DNA from: Clostridia bacterium
GTDB lineage: Bacteria > Bacillota > Clostridia > Christensenellales > DTU072
Direction: 5' to 3'
Assembly (NCBI GenBank): GCA_017504305.1
Contig: JAFVRJ010000016.1
Coordinates: 5,237 to 69,236 of the forward strand
DNA length: 64,000 nt
Each line of letters starts with the position of its first letter. Positions within the stretch are counted from its first letter, which is position 1. Positions 1-11,712 of the stretch are shown here, piece by piece. Position numbers and translations under genes: made by a program. The notes under the pieces are model-generated. The model saw only the letters and a list, made by a program, of their open reading frames with translations. It ran no database searches and was not told the DNA's origin.

Positions 1-519
1 CTTGCCGTCACTACTGTGACCTTTGCCGTTGATTGTAAGAGAGTTGGGCGGACTGTTTGCAAATATTACTACTTGATCTGCACCATACTTGAGCGCAAGA
101 TCCAACATATATTGTCCTTCTTGATCGCGAGTGAAATCATAAGTGCCATCTGAAGTCAAAAAGCTTTCGACCGTGCGCCAATAGTGGGAGTATCTACCCT
201 TGTCGCGCGTAACGGCCGCGCCTACGTTATAGCGGTAAACACTTAATCCCAAACCACTTTCCTTATCATATAAAAGACGGGCTATGGCCTCGCGGATGTC
301 TTCGCCATCTTCCGTAGTGGACTTCCAACCGCCTACGTCCGGCGCCCACCAACATCCTGAAGTACCAAAACCGCCACTAAAGATTTGATAGGTTTTATCT
401 AAATCATACACAATGCCGTTCGGCATAAAGCTTCCTCCGTAATATAATCCGCAGAATATTGCAATGGCCGTTACCATGCTGAAAAATATTAAAATGATCG
501 CTTTTAATCTTTTTCTCAC
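1..519 (-). CDS. Glycoside hydrolase family 30 (GH30-like), N-terminal part, runs off the window edge; N-terminal signal/TM anchor
   Basis: Not in the ORF track. Manual translation from GTG 519 is open to position 1: VRKRLKAIILIFFSMVTAIAIFCGLYY...GFGTSGCWWA...GLGLSVYRYNVGA...WRTVESFL...DGTYDFTRD...VIFANSPP...NGKG, matching the GH30 'GWGTSxxWWA / GLGLSxxRYNIGG / FSNSPP' pattern. Confidence 0.75.
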   Translation of the reverse strand, partial: MRKRLKAIILIFFSMVTAIAIFCGLYYGGSFMPNGIVYDLDKTYQIFSGGFGTSGCWWAPDVGGWKSTTEDGEDIREAIARLLYDKESGLGLSVYRYNVGAAVTRDKGRYSHYWRTVESFLTSDGTYDFTRDQEGQYMLDLALKYGADQVVIFANSPPNSLTINGKGHSSDGK

Positions 520-540
520 GTACAATAATATGACTATTGG

Positions 541-1122
541 TTATCTTTGGTTAAGCTTTTCAACCAACTGCTGGAGCGCCCTTCCACGATGGCTAACTCC
601 GTTTTTTGCCTCCTCTGTCGCGGTACCGAAACTTTCACCCAAATCTATTGAATAAAATAAATTATCGTAGCCGAATCCGTTGTCGCCTGTTTCTTCGTAT
701 AAAATTTCACCTTCAACGTTGCCTTCGGCACGGATGACTTCACCACTCGGAAAATATAAAACTATAGTTGAGTGGAATCTTGCCTTTCTGTCGCTAATTC
801 CATCCATTTCTTTAAGGAGTTTTTGGCGATTTAATACGTCGTTGCCGTCCTCACCGCCATATCGCGCCGAATAAACGCCCGGCGCACCACCAAGTGCATC
901 CACTATTAAGCCCGAGTCGTCGGCAAGCGATGCTTTGCCGGTAAGCTCGGATATCACCTTGGCTTTTTTAAGAGCGTTGCCATAAAAAGTGTCGGCATCC
1001 TCCTCTACGTCAACCGAAATACCCACTTCCTTAAGCGACATTACTTTAAAATCGTTGCCTAAAATCTGTCTAAATTCGCGTAATTTGTTGGCGTTGTTGG
1101 TCGCCGCAATAAGTTCTATCAT
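541..1122 (-). CDS. rdgB: Non-canonical purine NTP pyrophosphatase (RdgB/HAM1)
   Basis: ATNNANKLRE, DDSGL, PGVYSARY, GFGYD and SHRGRAL motifs; start moved to ATG 1122 behind a GGAGGAG RBS. Confidence 0.93.
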   Translation of the reverse strand: MIELIAATNNANKLREFRQILGNDFKVMSLKEVGISVDVEEDADTFYGNALKKAKVISELTGKASLADDSGLIVDALGGAPGVYSARYGGEDGNDVLNRQKLLKEMDGISDRKARFHSTIVLYFPSGEVIRAEGNVEGEILYEETGDNGFGYDNLFYSIDLGESFGTATEEAKNGVSHRGRALQQLVEKLNQR

Positions 1123-1244
1123 AACTCCTCCTATCACAGCAATTATACCAATAGTTGACATTTTTTGGCAATACGCTCTTTGTCATTTTTACCTATTTAT
1201 ATCTATAGTTAATTAGAATAATTAATAATTGCTTTTCATTTTGT

Positions 1245-1273
1245 TTGACAAAGATTTTTTATAATAATATAAT
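1245..1273 (+). promoter_or_regulatory. sigma-A promoter of guaB
   Basis: TTGACA-17 nt-TATAAT, perfect consensus. Confidence 0.85.
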
Positions 1274-1299
1274 TAAAAAAAGTGTCAAGGAGTTTTTAA

Positions 1300-2757
<1,458 letters not shown>

Positions 2758-2769
2758 TCAAATTAAAAC

Positions 2770-2800
2770 AAAAAAAGCACGCTTCATTGCGTGCTTTTTT
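2770..2800. terminator. Bidirectional intrinsic terminator between guaB and spoIVA
   Basis: AAAAAAGCACGC-ttcatt-GCGTGCTTTTTT between convergent genes. Confidence 0.9.
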
Positions 2801-2818
2801 ATTATGGTAATTAGCTTA

Positions 2819-4291
2819 TTAAAGCAAGATACACAACACTCCACCCTTGCCTTCGTTAACGATTCTCGTAACAGTTCTGCGAAGTTTTTTACGCGCGTCT
2901 TGTGGCATATTGCCAATTTTTGCATCAAGGTCCTCTTTTACCAAACTCGACAAAGGCTTGCCGAACATATTGGTATTCCATATGCTTCCCTTATCATTTT
3001 CGAATTCTTGCATTAGATAATTTACAAGATCTTCCGACTGTTGTTCGGAGCCGATTATGGGCTTAACTTCTGTTTCAACGTCCACGCGCATCATGTGAAT
3101 CGAAGGTGCGCTTGCTTTCAGCTTTACTCCAAATTGGGTTCCCCTCTTAAGAAGTTCGGGCTCTTTAAGTTGCATTTCATCCATAGTCGGCAATACTACT
3201 CCGTAGCCTGTTTCTTGAACGGCATCGATTGCTTCTTTTAACTTTTGATACTTTTTGTATGCTTCCGATGCCTTAATTAAATAGCTCATCAAACTATACT
3301 CGTCTTCAATACACTCCGAGCAGGTTTCGCTTAATATCTTATAGAATACTCCCTCTTTGGGGCGGAAGGTTAAATTAATTACCCCCTTGCCGGAATCAAC
3401 CTCGGCATCAGGATCGCCACTGAAGTATTCATTATCATCAAAGCTCGACGTAAGCTTTAAAAAATCTTTAAGCTTTATGATGCCATCCCCTTGTAAAAGC
3501 CTATCTTTTAACCAATTAATAAATGGACTACCTTGACCGAGAGCACGCATCCATTTGGGTAGGTTGACGTCGATCCTCTTAAGCGGGAAATCCATAAGTA
3601 CTTTGTAAAGTATTTTTTCAAGCAACTCTGCCCCTGCCGTCAATACGTTTAACGCCGTAACGCCGATACCGTATCTTTCCTCCAAGCTCTCCGCAAGCTT
3701 CAAAGTATCGGGACTATCTGGAGTTGCCGTGTTAAGCACAACTGTAAATGGTTTACCAATCGCTTTAAGCTCCTTGATAACTCTTTCTTCCGCCTCTACG
3801 TAACTGCTACGCCCGATTTCGCCAAAGCTTCCGTCCGTTGTAACTACTATCCCTACCGTAGAATGTTCGCGCACTACCTTATCTGTACCGATTTCTGCCG
3901 CCTTATCAAAGGGAAGGTCTTGCTCCGACCACGGAGTTTTTACCATACGCGGAACGCCATCTTCACTACTGCCAAGAGCTCCGTTAACAAGATATCCAAC
4001 GCAATCTATCATGCGTATACGCGCATCAACGTTATCAACGCTAATCGGTATAGCTTCACTCGGCACAAACTTCGGCTCGGTAGTCATAATAGTTCTGCCG
4101 TCAGCAGATTGGGGGAGCTCGTCCCTTGCTCTTTCACGAGGGTAGCCTTCCCCTACTTTATCCAATACAATGCACTCCATAAATCTGTTGATAAACGTAG
4201 ATTTACCCGTCCTTACCGGACCAACTACGCCTACGTAAATATCGCCGTCGGTGCGTGACGCGATATCTTTATATATATTGTAATCCGACAT
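2819..4291 (-). CDS. spoIVA: Stage IV sporulation protein A
   Basis: IYKDIASRTDGDIYVGVVGPVRTGKSTFI, ARDELPQS, MTTEPKFVP, C-terminal GGVLCILL. Confidence 0.97.
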   Translation of the reverse strand: MSDYNIYKDIASRTDGDIYVGVVGPVRTGKSTFINRFMECIVLDKVGEGYPRERARDELPQSADGRTIMTTEPKFVPSEAIPISVDNVDARIRMIDCVGYLVNGALGSSEDGVPRMVKTPWSEQDLPFDKAAEIGTDKVVREHSTVGIVVTTDGSFGEIGRSSYVEAEERVIKELKAIGKPFTVVLNTATPDSPDTLKLAESLEERYGIGVTALNVLTAGAELLEKILYKVLMDFPLKRIDVNLPKWMRALGQGSPFINWLKDRLLQGDGIIKLKDFLKLTSSFDDNEYFSGDPDAEVDSGKGVINLTFRPKEGVFYKILSETCSECIEDEYSLMSYLIKASEAYKKYQKLKEAIDAVQETGYGVVLPTMDEMQLKEPELLKRGTQFGVKLKASAPSIHMMRVDVETEVKPIIGSEQQSEDLVNYLMQEFENDKGSIWNTNMFGKPLSSLVKEDLDAKIGNMPQDARKKLRRTVTRIVNEGKGGVLCILL

Positions 4292-4316
4292 TTTGCCTCC
4301 ATAGCTTTTTTGTTAT

Positions 4317-4346
4317 AAGATATGCCTTTGATTTTTAGCTTATTAC
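4317..4346 (-). promoter_or_regulatory. Putative sigma-E promoter of spoIVA
   Basis: Minus strand gtaATA-16 nt-CATAtctT fits the sigma-E consensus; spoIVA is an established sigma-E target. Confidence 0.6.
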
Positions 4347-4358
4347 TACGGCGAGCAT

Positions 4359-4389
4359 AAAAAAACCACTCGGCATGGTACCGAGTGGC
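4359..4389 (-). terminator. Intrinsic terminator after the aminotransferase gene
   Basis: CCACTCGG-catggta-CCGAGTGG stem with a T-tract on the minus strand. Confidence 0.8.
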
Positions 4390-4407
4390 TATTAGTATGT
4401 TTAGTAA

Positions 4408-5670
4408 TTATTGAGTTATCTTTTCAAGATAAGCAACCTTTGCACAGCAACAGAAGATGCGCATTGCCGTAATAAGTTCTTCCATCGGAGGAAGGGTTGG
4501 TGCAATACGAACGTTGGAGTCGTTAGGATCATTTTTATAAGGATAGGTTGCGCCTGCGCCTGTAAATACGACGCCTGCTTCCTTTGCAAGAGCTACAGTA
4601 CGCTTTGCAGTGCCTTCTGCCAAGAAGCAAGAGATAAAATATCCACCACGGGGCTTATTCCAAGTAGCTATACCGGTGTTCCAGAATTCCTCCTCCAAAA
4701 TCTCGAGAACTGCTTCAAATTTGGGGCGTAAGATTGCTGCGTGCTTTTCCATATGAGCATAGATGCTTTCAACGCTATTAAAATAGGCTGCATGCATCAA
4801 TTGGGATACCTTGTCGGGACCTATGGATTGCTTACTCATGTACTTGCGAGCATCGTCCATGTTAGCTTTTGAGCCTGCCATAAAGGCAACGCCTGCTCCG
4901 GAGAAGGTAACTTTAGAGGTAGAGCCAAACATATAAACGATATCTTCGTTACCGCATTTTTTTGCCTCGGCATAGATATCTAACAGCTCGTCTTGGCCGT
5001 ATAAACTATGTACCATATATGCGTTATCCCACATAATGCGGAAGTCTTTTGCAGAGGGTTTTAAAGATGCAAGACGTCTTACTACCTCGTCGGAATAGAT
5101 AATGCCCATGGGATTGGAGTACTTGGGTACACACCATATGCCCTTAACCGCAGGATCTTTTACAAGCTCCTCGATCATATCCATGTCGGGACCGTTTTCA
5201 TCGCAAGGTACGTTAATCATCTCAAAACCAAATAGCTCGGTAATAGCAAAGTGTCTATCGTAACCGGGCACGGGACAAAGCCATTTTAATTTTTCTTCCT
5301 TATTCCAAGGCTTACCGCCGAGTATGCCGAATTGCATTGCCCTTTGTATGGTATCATACATGAGGTTTAAGCTTGCGTTGTAAGCAACGATTATTTCATC
5401 CTTGCAGAGTCCGCCAAGCAGTTTACCGAATAGCTCTTTAAGCTCCGGTATACCGTCTGCAAGACCGTAATTGCGGTAATCTACACCACGGACCAAGTTT
5501 GATTTGGAGTTAATGCAATCAAGCATTTCCATCGAAAGGTCTAACTGCTCTTTGCAGGGCTTGCCACGCGACATATCAAGCTTAAGGTTCATCGCCTTGT
5601 ATTCTTCATAACGGGCTTGTTCTTTTGCTAAAATAGCGTTTAAACGGGTGTTGTCTAAATTCTTGTACAT
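4408..5670 (-). CDS. PLP-dependent class I/II aminotransferase (aspartate aminotransferase-like)
   Basis: LDMSRGKP, PGYDRHF, VPKYSNP, WDNAY, STSK (PLP Lys), GGYFI, RIAPT; start taken at MYKNL. Confidence 0.88.
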   Translation of the reverse strand: MYKNLDNTRLNAILAKEQARYEEYKAMNLKLDMSRGKPCKEQLDLSMEMLDCINSKSNLVRGVDYRNYGLADGIPELKELFGKLLGGLCKDEIIVAYNASLNLMYDTIQRAMQFGILGGKPWNKEEKLKWLCPVPGYDRHFAITELFGFEMINVPCDENGPDMDMIEELVKDPAVKGIWCVPKYSNPMGIIYSDEVVRRLASLKPSAKDFRIMWDNAYMVHSLYGQDELLDIYAEAKKCGNEDIVYMFGSTSKVTFSGAGVAFMAGSKANMDDARKYMSKQSIGPDKVSQLMHAAYFNSVESIYAHMEKHAAILRPKFEAVLEILEEEFWNTGIATWNKPRGGYFISCFLAEGTAKRTVALAKEAGVVFTGAGATYPYKNDPNDSNVRIAPTLPPMEELITAMRIFCCCAKVAYLEKITQ

Positions 5671-5680
5671 AAGTGTTCCT

Positions 5681-7000
5681 CTATTTTTCTTCATCCCTCG
5701 AGCGGACTACGATTTTTACGGGAGTACCGCTGAAATCGAAGGCTTTACGAAGTGCGTTTTCAATATATCTTCTGTATGAGAAGTGCATTAGCTTACCATC
5801 GTTAACAAATATAACGATGGTGGGTGGGTTGGTGGAAGGTTGGTTTGCATAGAAAATCTTAAGTCTTTTGCCGTTATGAGTGGGAGGCTCGTTGACGGCA
5901 ATCGCATCGCCTATTACGTCGTTAAGAACGCCGGTCGGGATGCGTTGAGATGCGTTTTCATAAGCAGAAAGCGCGGTATCCAATACCGTGTTTACTCTCT
6001 TGCCCGTCAACGCCGATATAAATACCGTCTTAAGGTAGTTCATAAACTTAAGATCAGACTTAAGATTCTCGGTAAAACGATTAACCGTATGGGTATCCTT
6101 TTCGATAAGGTCCCATTTGTTCATAACCAAAACGCTCGGTTTACCGGCATCGTGTACAAGACCGCATATCCTTATATCTTGCTCGGAAAGCATCTCGGTA
6201 CTATCAACCACAACGAGTACGATATCCGCCCTGTGTATGGCGCTGATACTACGTATTACGCTATAATACTCGATATCTTCTTCAACCTTACTCTTTTTAC
6301 GTATACCTGCAGTATCGATCAAAATACACTTTCTGCCGTTGTACTCGAAAGGAGTATCGATAGCATCACGAGTAGTTCCTGCAATGTTACTTACTATAAC
6401 CCTTTCAAAACCAAGAAGTCTATTGGTCAAAGATGATTTGCCGGAGTTAGGTTTACCAACAACAGCAATCTTAATAGCTTCTTCCTCCTCGCCCATATCG
6501 GCGCGCTCGTCAAAGTTGGCGACTATAGCATCCAAAAGGTCACCGAGTCCCAAACTTTGCTCTGCAGAGATTGCATAGGGCTCTCCAAGGTTCAACGCCC
6601 AGAAATCGTGTATTACCGAATCGTCTTTGCCGTCAACTTTATTAACGGCAAGCACTACCGGCTTGTTGGTGCAACGGAGCATTTGAGCTACGTCGTAATC
6701 ATCCGCCATAATACCGCTTTTGCCATCGACAAATAGAAGTATTACGTCTGCAATATCAAGCGCAAGCTCCGCTTGGCGACGGATGTGCTTCCACATTTGG
6801 TCTTCGCTCTTAAGCTCGATACCACCGGTATCAACAAGCGTAAAAGCGTATCCGCACCACTCTGCATCTACGTATATGCGATCGCGAGTAACGCCGGGCA
6901 TATCGTTAACGATACTTACCCTGCGTCCTGCCATTTTGTTAAAGAAAGTCGATTTACCTACGTTAGGCCTACCAACTATTGCTACTATAGGTTTTGCCAT
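5681..7000 (-). CDS. der: Ribosome biogenesis GTPase Der (EngA)
   Basis: Two G-domains (GRPNVGKS/DTGG/NKVD and GKPNSGKS/DTAG/NKWD) plus a C-terminal KH-like domain. Confidence 0.97.
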   Translation of the reverse strand: MAKPIVAIVGRPNVGKSTFFNKMAGRRVSIVNDMPGVTRDRIYVDAEWCGYAFTLVDTGGIELKSEDQMWKHIRRQAELALDIADVILLFVDGKSGIMADDYDVAQMLRCTNKPVVLAVNKVDGKDDSVIHDFWALNLGEPYAISAEQSLGLGDLLDAIVANFDERADMGEEEEAIKIAVVGKPNSGKSSLTNRLLGFERVIVSNIAGTTRDAIDTPFEYNGRKCILIDTAGIRKKSKVEEDIEYYSVIRSISAIHRADIVLVVVDSTEMLSEQDIRICGLVHDAGKPSVLVMNKWDLIEKDTHTVNRFTENLKSDLKFMNYLKTVFISALTGKRVNTVLDTALSAYENASQRIPTGVLNDVIGDAIAVNEPPTHNGKRLKIFYANQPSTNPPTIVIFVNDGKLMHFSYRRYIENALRKAFDFSGTPVKIVVRSRDEEK

Positions 7001-7003
7001 ATT

Positions 7004-9499
7004 CTACTCCATTTCCTCTACGTGTTTAACAACTCTTTGTACCTTTACACCGCGTAAAATAGGTTTGCCCTTGGTATCTTTACGCTCGATACGGATTTCT
7101 TCGCTATCAACCGCGTGGAGTTCGTTTTCATTATCGATAAACGCTAAATAATAAGGCTTAAGAACTTGGGCTGCAAAGCTTACCTTAATAGGCTCGCCGT
7201 AAATATCGATAATACGCAATCCTTTACGGTTGCGACGCATGGGGCTAAACTCCGATGCTATTACCTTTTTACCCGTTCCTTTATCAGTTATAACGATTAT
7301 TTCGCCAAGAGGCATATAAGCTTCTTTGCCGTCCGCATCAAATCCAAGCTCTACTTCCGCTTGTCCTGCATATACGACGTATGCATCTTTATTGAGGTTG
7401 ACACCGATTACACCGCCTGCGATCCTGCCTTGTTGCGGATAATCATCTACTTCAGAGTTGACGCATTGTCCATCGGAGGTAACGAAAATTATTGTTGCGT
7501 TTTCCTTAACAACTTCAACGCCGATTACCTCGTCGTCATCCTTTAATGAAATAACTTGGTAGCCTTCCTTGTTGACAAAGTAGGCTCTATAAGCGGTCTT
7601 CTTAACCATACCGTTCTTGGTATAGATATAAACTTCTTCGTTATCAAGTGCTTCGGGATTTGCCGAAAGTACCGCTACCGCCCTTTCCTCTTTTACTGCA
7701 AAGCTCGGGAAAAGGTCTATAAGCTTATCGCCTTTATCCGTCCAACGTTTTTCTTGGACTTTATTAACGTCAAGCTTATAGCAATTACCAAGGTTACTAA
7801 ACAACAATACCGTATGGTCCGGTTTAACCTCTTGTAATGCCGTTGTTAAGCCTTGAATACCACTGCTTTCAACGTCACGATTTGCACTAATGTAGTTACG
7901 GCTGGAAAGCACTTTTACACCACCGTCTTCGCCTAACGTTACGATGCAACGCTTGTTGGTGCGCTTGGTGGGATCAAAGGGCTTAACCTCCACTTCTTCA
8001 ACGCTATTGATTATGGTGGTTAAACGTTTGGTCTTATATTTATCGCGAATCTCTTGAAGCTCGCGTTTAACAACTTTATATTGCTCCTTAACGGAACCGA
8101 CAACTTTAGTAAGCTCTGCTATAGTCTTGTTAAGTTCAGATAGTTCGCTTTCGAACTTATGCACGTCAAGCTTGTTGATGTTACCAAGTTGCAAGCTCAA
8201 AATCGCTTCCGCTTGAGCTTCGCTCAACTCAAAGCGAGCGCGGAGTTTGGTCTTTGCTTCCGCTCTGGTGGCGGCGCCACGGATTATTGCAATAACTTCG
8301 TCGATGTTAGGCATAATAAGTACGTAGCCTTCCAATACCTCGGCACGTTTTTTAGCAACGCCTAAATCGTGTTGACTGCGCTTGTAAATTATGCCCTTTT
8401 GGTAATCAAGATAGTACTTGAGCATGGGAATAAGCCCAAGTAATCTCGGTTTACCATCGGCAACTGCAACCATGTTTACCGCAAAGTTGCATTGTAGATC
8501 GGTGTGCTTATAAATAAGGTCAAGCATCTTAACGGCATCTTCGCCCTTCTTGAGCTTAACAACGATACGCATACCGTTACGGTCAGACTCGTCCATAACG
8601 TCGATAATGTTGCCGTAGGTGTCTTTATCCTTTTCGCGTAGCGCGTATATGCGCGAAACTATTTTTTCAATAGGATTGATGCCCCAAGGTGCTTCGGTAA
8701 TAACTATATTTTGACGGTCGCCGTCGTTTTCGATTTCCGCTTTACCGCGAAGCACCAACTTACCTTGACCGGTTGCGTAAACGTTATATAAATCTTCGCC
8801 ACCTACCAAGAAACCACCTGCGGGGAAATCCGGTCCTTTTATGATTGTAAGAAGATCTCTTAATGAAATCTTGGGCTCGTCTATAAGGGCGATACAGCCG
8901 TCGATAACCTCGGTAAGGTTATGGGGAGGAATATTCATCGAAAAACCGATTGCAATACCGCTTGCGCCGTTTACGAGAAGGTTAGGAAATCTTCCCGGCA
9001 AAACGTCCGGCTCGTCTAAAGTATCGTCGAAGTTCTTATTCCAAGTAACGGTATTCTTATCGATATCACGTAAAAGTTCAGTCGCAAGAGCTTCGAGCCT
9101 TACCTCGGTATAACGCATCGCAGCAGGACCATCGCCGTAAACGGTACCAAAGTTACCTTGTCCGTCTACAAGAGGCATGCGCATGTTGAAATCTTGCGCC
9201 ATCCTAACCATCGCTCCGTATATCGAAGAGTCGCCGTGGGGGTGATACTTACCCATACAATCACCAACGATACGAGCGCTCTTTTTATACTCGCCGTTAG
9301 GCTTCATGTTTAGATTATGCATCGTATAGAGTATACGACGTTGGACGGGCTTTAAACCATCCTCTACTCTCGGTAACGCACGATCTAAAATAACGTGCTC
9401 GGAGTATATCATCATGGATTCCGGCATAACCGTTTCGATAGGTCTTTCGAGAACGTTGCCACCATCTAAATTTAACGAAATTTGTGCGCCTTTTGCCAT
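7004..9499 (-). CDS. parC: Type IIA topoisomerase subunit A, likely topoisomerase IV ParC
   Basis: [26 protein letters not shown] catalytic Tyr, C-terminal pinwheel blades; no canonical GyrA-box seen. Confidence 0.8.
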   Translation of the reverse strand: MAKGAQISLNLDGGNVLERPIETVMPESMMIYSEHVILDRALPRVEDGLKPVQRRILYTMHNLNMKPNGEYKKSARIVGDCMGKYHPHGDSSIYGAMVRMAQDFNMRMPLVDGQGNFGTVYGDGPAAMRYTEVRLEALATELLRDIDKNTVTWNKNFDDTLDEPDVLPGRFPNLLVNGASGIAIGFSMNIPPHNLTEVIDGCIALIDEPKISLRDLLTIIKGPDFPAGGFLVGGEDLYNVYATGQGKLVLRGKAEIENDGDRQNIVITEAPWGINPIEKIVSRIYALREKDKDTYGNIIDVMDESDRNGMRIVVKLKKGEDAVKMLDLIYKHTDLQCNFAVNMVAVADGKPRLLGLIPMLKYYLDYQKGIIYKRSQHDLGVAKKRAEVLEGYVLIMPNIDEVIAIIRGAATRAEAKTKLRARFELSEAQAEAILSLQLGNINKLDVHKFESELSELNKTIAELTKVVGSVKEQYKVVKRELQEIRDKYKTKRLTTIINSVEEVEVKPFDPTKRTNKRCIVTLGEDGGVKVLSSRNYISANRDVESSGIQGLTTALQEVKPDHTVLLFSNLGNCYKLDVNKVQEKRWTDKGDKLIDLFPSFAVKEERAVAVLSANPEALDNEEVYIYTKNGMVKKTAYRAYFVNKEGYQVISLKDDDEVIGVEVVKENATIIFVTSDGQCVNSEVDDYPQQGRIAGGVIGVNLNKDAYVVYAGQAEVELGFDADGKEAYMPLGEIIVITDKGTGKKVIASEFSPMRRNRKGLRIIDIYGEPIKVSFAAQVLKPYYLAFIDNENELHAVDSEEIRIERKDTKGKPILRGVKVQRVVKHVEEME

Positions 9500-9504
9500 C
9501 CTCT

Positions 9505-11520
9505 TTAACCTCCGAATTTTGTCTTAAACGAGTCTTCTTTATTGAAATTTGCGTTCTCGTTTATATACGTTTGACGAATCTCGGCATCAGATCCCATCCA
9601 TAGCGATACCATTGCGTTTGCGTTCTTAACGTCGTCAATGGTAACTCTGGTAAGGGTACGCGTCTTGGGATTAAGAGTGGTATCCCAAAGTTGATCGAAG
9701 TTCATTTCGCCGAGACCTTTGTAGCGTTGTAAGCTATATTGGCCCTTAACCTCTTTCAAGATATTTTCGAGCTCTGCATCGTTATAAGCATAACGTAAAA
9801 GCCCCGTCTTCTTTTGCTCAACCTTATATAGCGGAGGCATGCCGAGATATACGTGACCTTCATCGATCAAGGGACGCATATGCATATAGAAGAAAGTTAA
9901 AAGTAAACATCTGATATGCTCGCCGTCGTGGTCGGCATCCGCTAAAATAATGATCTTGTCATACTTTAGGTTCTTGATATTGAAGCTATTATCGAAGTCG
10001 GTGCCCAAAGCGTAAATGATAGTGCGGATTTCCTCGTTTTGCAATAACGCGGTACGAGTACACTTTTCGGTATTAAGGGGTTTACCACGAAGCGGTAGTA
10101 CCGCTTGGAAGGTACGATTACGGCCCTTTTTAGCAGATCCGCCTGCCGAATCACCCTCTACTATAAAGATCTCGTTAATAGCTGCGTTACGACCTGAACA
10201 CGAGGACAATTTGCCGGTAAGCATTTGTCCTGTCATGGAGTTCTTGGAGCGAATAGCTTCCTTAAACTTCTTCTCCTCCGTACGCATCTTGCTTGTGCTG
10301 ACACCGATTTTGAAAATCATGGTGCCGATATCTTTATTCTTCTTCTCCGCAAAGTACAACGAAAGTTGCTCGTAAACCATGCTGTCTACCCAACCCTTAA
10401 CTTCGGGGTTACCGAGCTTGGTTTTGGTTTGACCTTCGAATTGCATGTTCTGCATCCTTACGCTAATGACAGCAGTCATGCCGTCACGATAATCGTCACC
10501 GGACGGCGGAACATCCTTTGCTTTTAAAAGATTATTACGCTTAACGAACTCGTTAACCGCCTTGGTAAAGCCCAGTTTAAAGCCCGTTTCGTGCGTGCCA
10601 CCCTCGTGTGTGGGAATATTGTTAACGTAAGAAATAATTTCGTCTTCCGGCTTATCGGTATATTGTATTGCGACTTGTACTTGGAACTTTTGCGCCGTAT
10701 CCTTTGCTTCTACGTAAATAACCTTTTCCGAACGACGGGTGCGATCCTCGTTTAAGTTCTTAACAAAGTCAATAATACCGCCTTTATAGAAGTAGGTTTC
10801 GGTTACGGGTAGGCCGTCCTCCTCACTAATAACATTGTTATCAGTAAAAAGAAAAGTTACGCCCTTGGTAAGATAAGCAAGCTCTTTAAGACGCTTCGAG
10901 ATAGTATCGTGATTAAATTCAACCGTCTCGAAAACGGTAGCATCCGGCTTAAAGGTGGTCTTGGTACCACGCTTCTTGGTAGTGCCGATTTGAGCAAGAT
11001 CACCTTGCGGAATTCCGCTCTTAACTTTACGGCCGGTAACAACCTTTTCGTAACGTTGGAAATAAACCTTTTTATCGCGACAAACTTCAACTTCTAACCA
11101 ATCGGAAAGTGCGTTAACAACCGATGCGCCTACACCATGCAAACCGCCACTAAACTCGTACTCTTTATTATCGAATTTACCACCTGCGTGAAGTTGGGTA
11201 AAGATAAGTTCTACACCTGATTTTTTGTACTTTGGGTGTTTGTCGACCGGCATACCTCTGCCGTTATCTTCAACGGAAATGGATCCGTCCGCATTGAGTG
11301 TAACGTGGATGGTATCGGCATAGCCGTTAAGAGCTTCGTCGACAGAGTTGTCTACTATTTCCCAAAGAAGGTGGTGGAGTCCGTTTACACCCGTAGTGCC
11401 GATGTACATACCGGGGCGCAGTCTAACGGCTTCGAGCCCTTCGAGTACAACGATATCCGAAGCATCGTATTTTTTTACGGCTGCTTTGGACTTTAGATTT
11501 TCGGTCTTGTTATTCTCCAT
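9505..11520 (-). CDS. parE: Type IIA topoisomerase subunit B, likely topoisomerase IV ParE
   Basis: [61 protein letters not shown]. Confidence 0.82.
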   Translation of the reverse strand: MENNKTENLKSKAAVKKYDASDIVVLEGLEAVRLRPGMYIGTTGVNGLHHLLWEIVDNSVDEALNGYADTIHVTLNADGSISVEDNGRGMPVDKHPKYKKSGVELIFTQLHAGGKFDNKEYEFSGGLHGVGASVVNALSDWLEVEVCRDKKVYFQRYEKVVTGRKVKSGIPQGDLAQIGTTKKRGTKTTFKPDATVFETVEFNHDTISKRLKELAYLTKGVTFLFTDNNVISEEDGLPVTETYFYKGGIIDFVKNLNEDRTRRSEKVIYVEAKDTAQKFQVQVAIQYTDKPEDEIISYVNNIPTHEGGTHETGFKLGFTKAVNEFVKRNNLLKAKDVPPSGDDYRDGMTAVISVRMQNMQFEGQTKTKLGNPEVKGWVDSMVYEQLSLYFAEKKNKDIGTMIFKIGVSTSKMRTEEKKFKEAIRSKNSMTGQMLTGKLSSCSGRNAAINEIFIVEGDSAGGSAKKGRNRTFQAVLPLRGKPLNTEKCTRTALLQNEEIRTIIYALGTDFDNSFNIKNLKYDKIIILADADHDGEHIRCLLLTFFYMHMRPLIDEGHVYLGMPPLYKVEQKKTGLLRYAYNDAELENILKEVKGQYSLQRYKGLGEMNFDQLWDTTLNPKTRTLTRVTIDDVKNANAMVSLWMGSDAEIRQTYINENANFNKEDSFKTKFGG

Positions 11521-11551
11521 AATTCCTCCGAAGTTAAAATTGCGCTAAAAT

Positions 11552-11599
11552 ACACAATATATAGTATCATATACTAACATTTTAGTCAATATTTTGACC
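11552..11599 (-). promoter_or_regulatory. sigma-A promoter of parE overlapped by two putative NrdR boxes
   Basis: Minus strand TTGACT-17 nt-TACTAT; ACACAATATATAGTAT (11552-11567) and AGTCAATATTTTGACC (11584-11599), cores 32 bp apart. Confidence 0.7.
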
Positions 11600-11712
11600 T
11601 TTAAATTTTATATAATAAAATAAGGCGTACAGGTGATACAACGCGCCGTAATTATAATAATTTGGAAAGGCTTTACAGCATTAAACGCCGATTAAATCAT
11701 ATAATAAGTTGT

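Noticed and set aside
519-543. GH30 ORF is in the same frame as rdgB, suggesting stop read-through or fusion
   Set aside because: The stop is TAA, RdgB is complete, and a signal-like N-terminus follows. A shared frame has a 1-in-3 chance.
7004-11520. Calling the topoisomerase pair gyrB/gyrA, implying oriC is nearby
   Set aside because: No canonical GyrA-box, no dnaA-dnaN-recF neighbours and no DnaA-box cluster; topoisomerase IV fits better.
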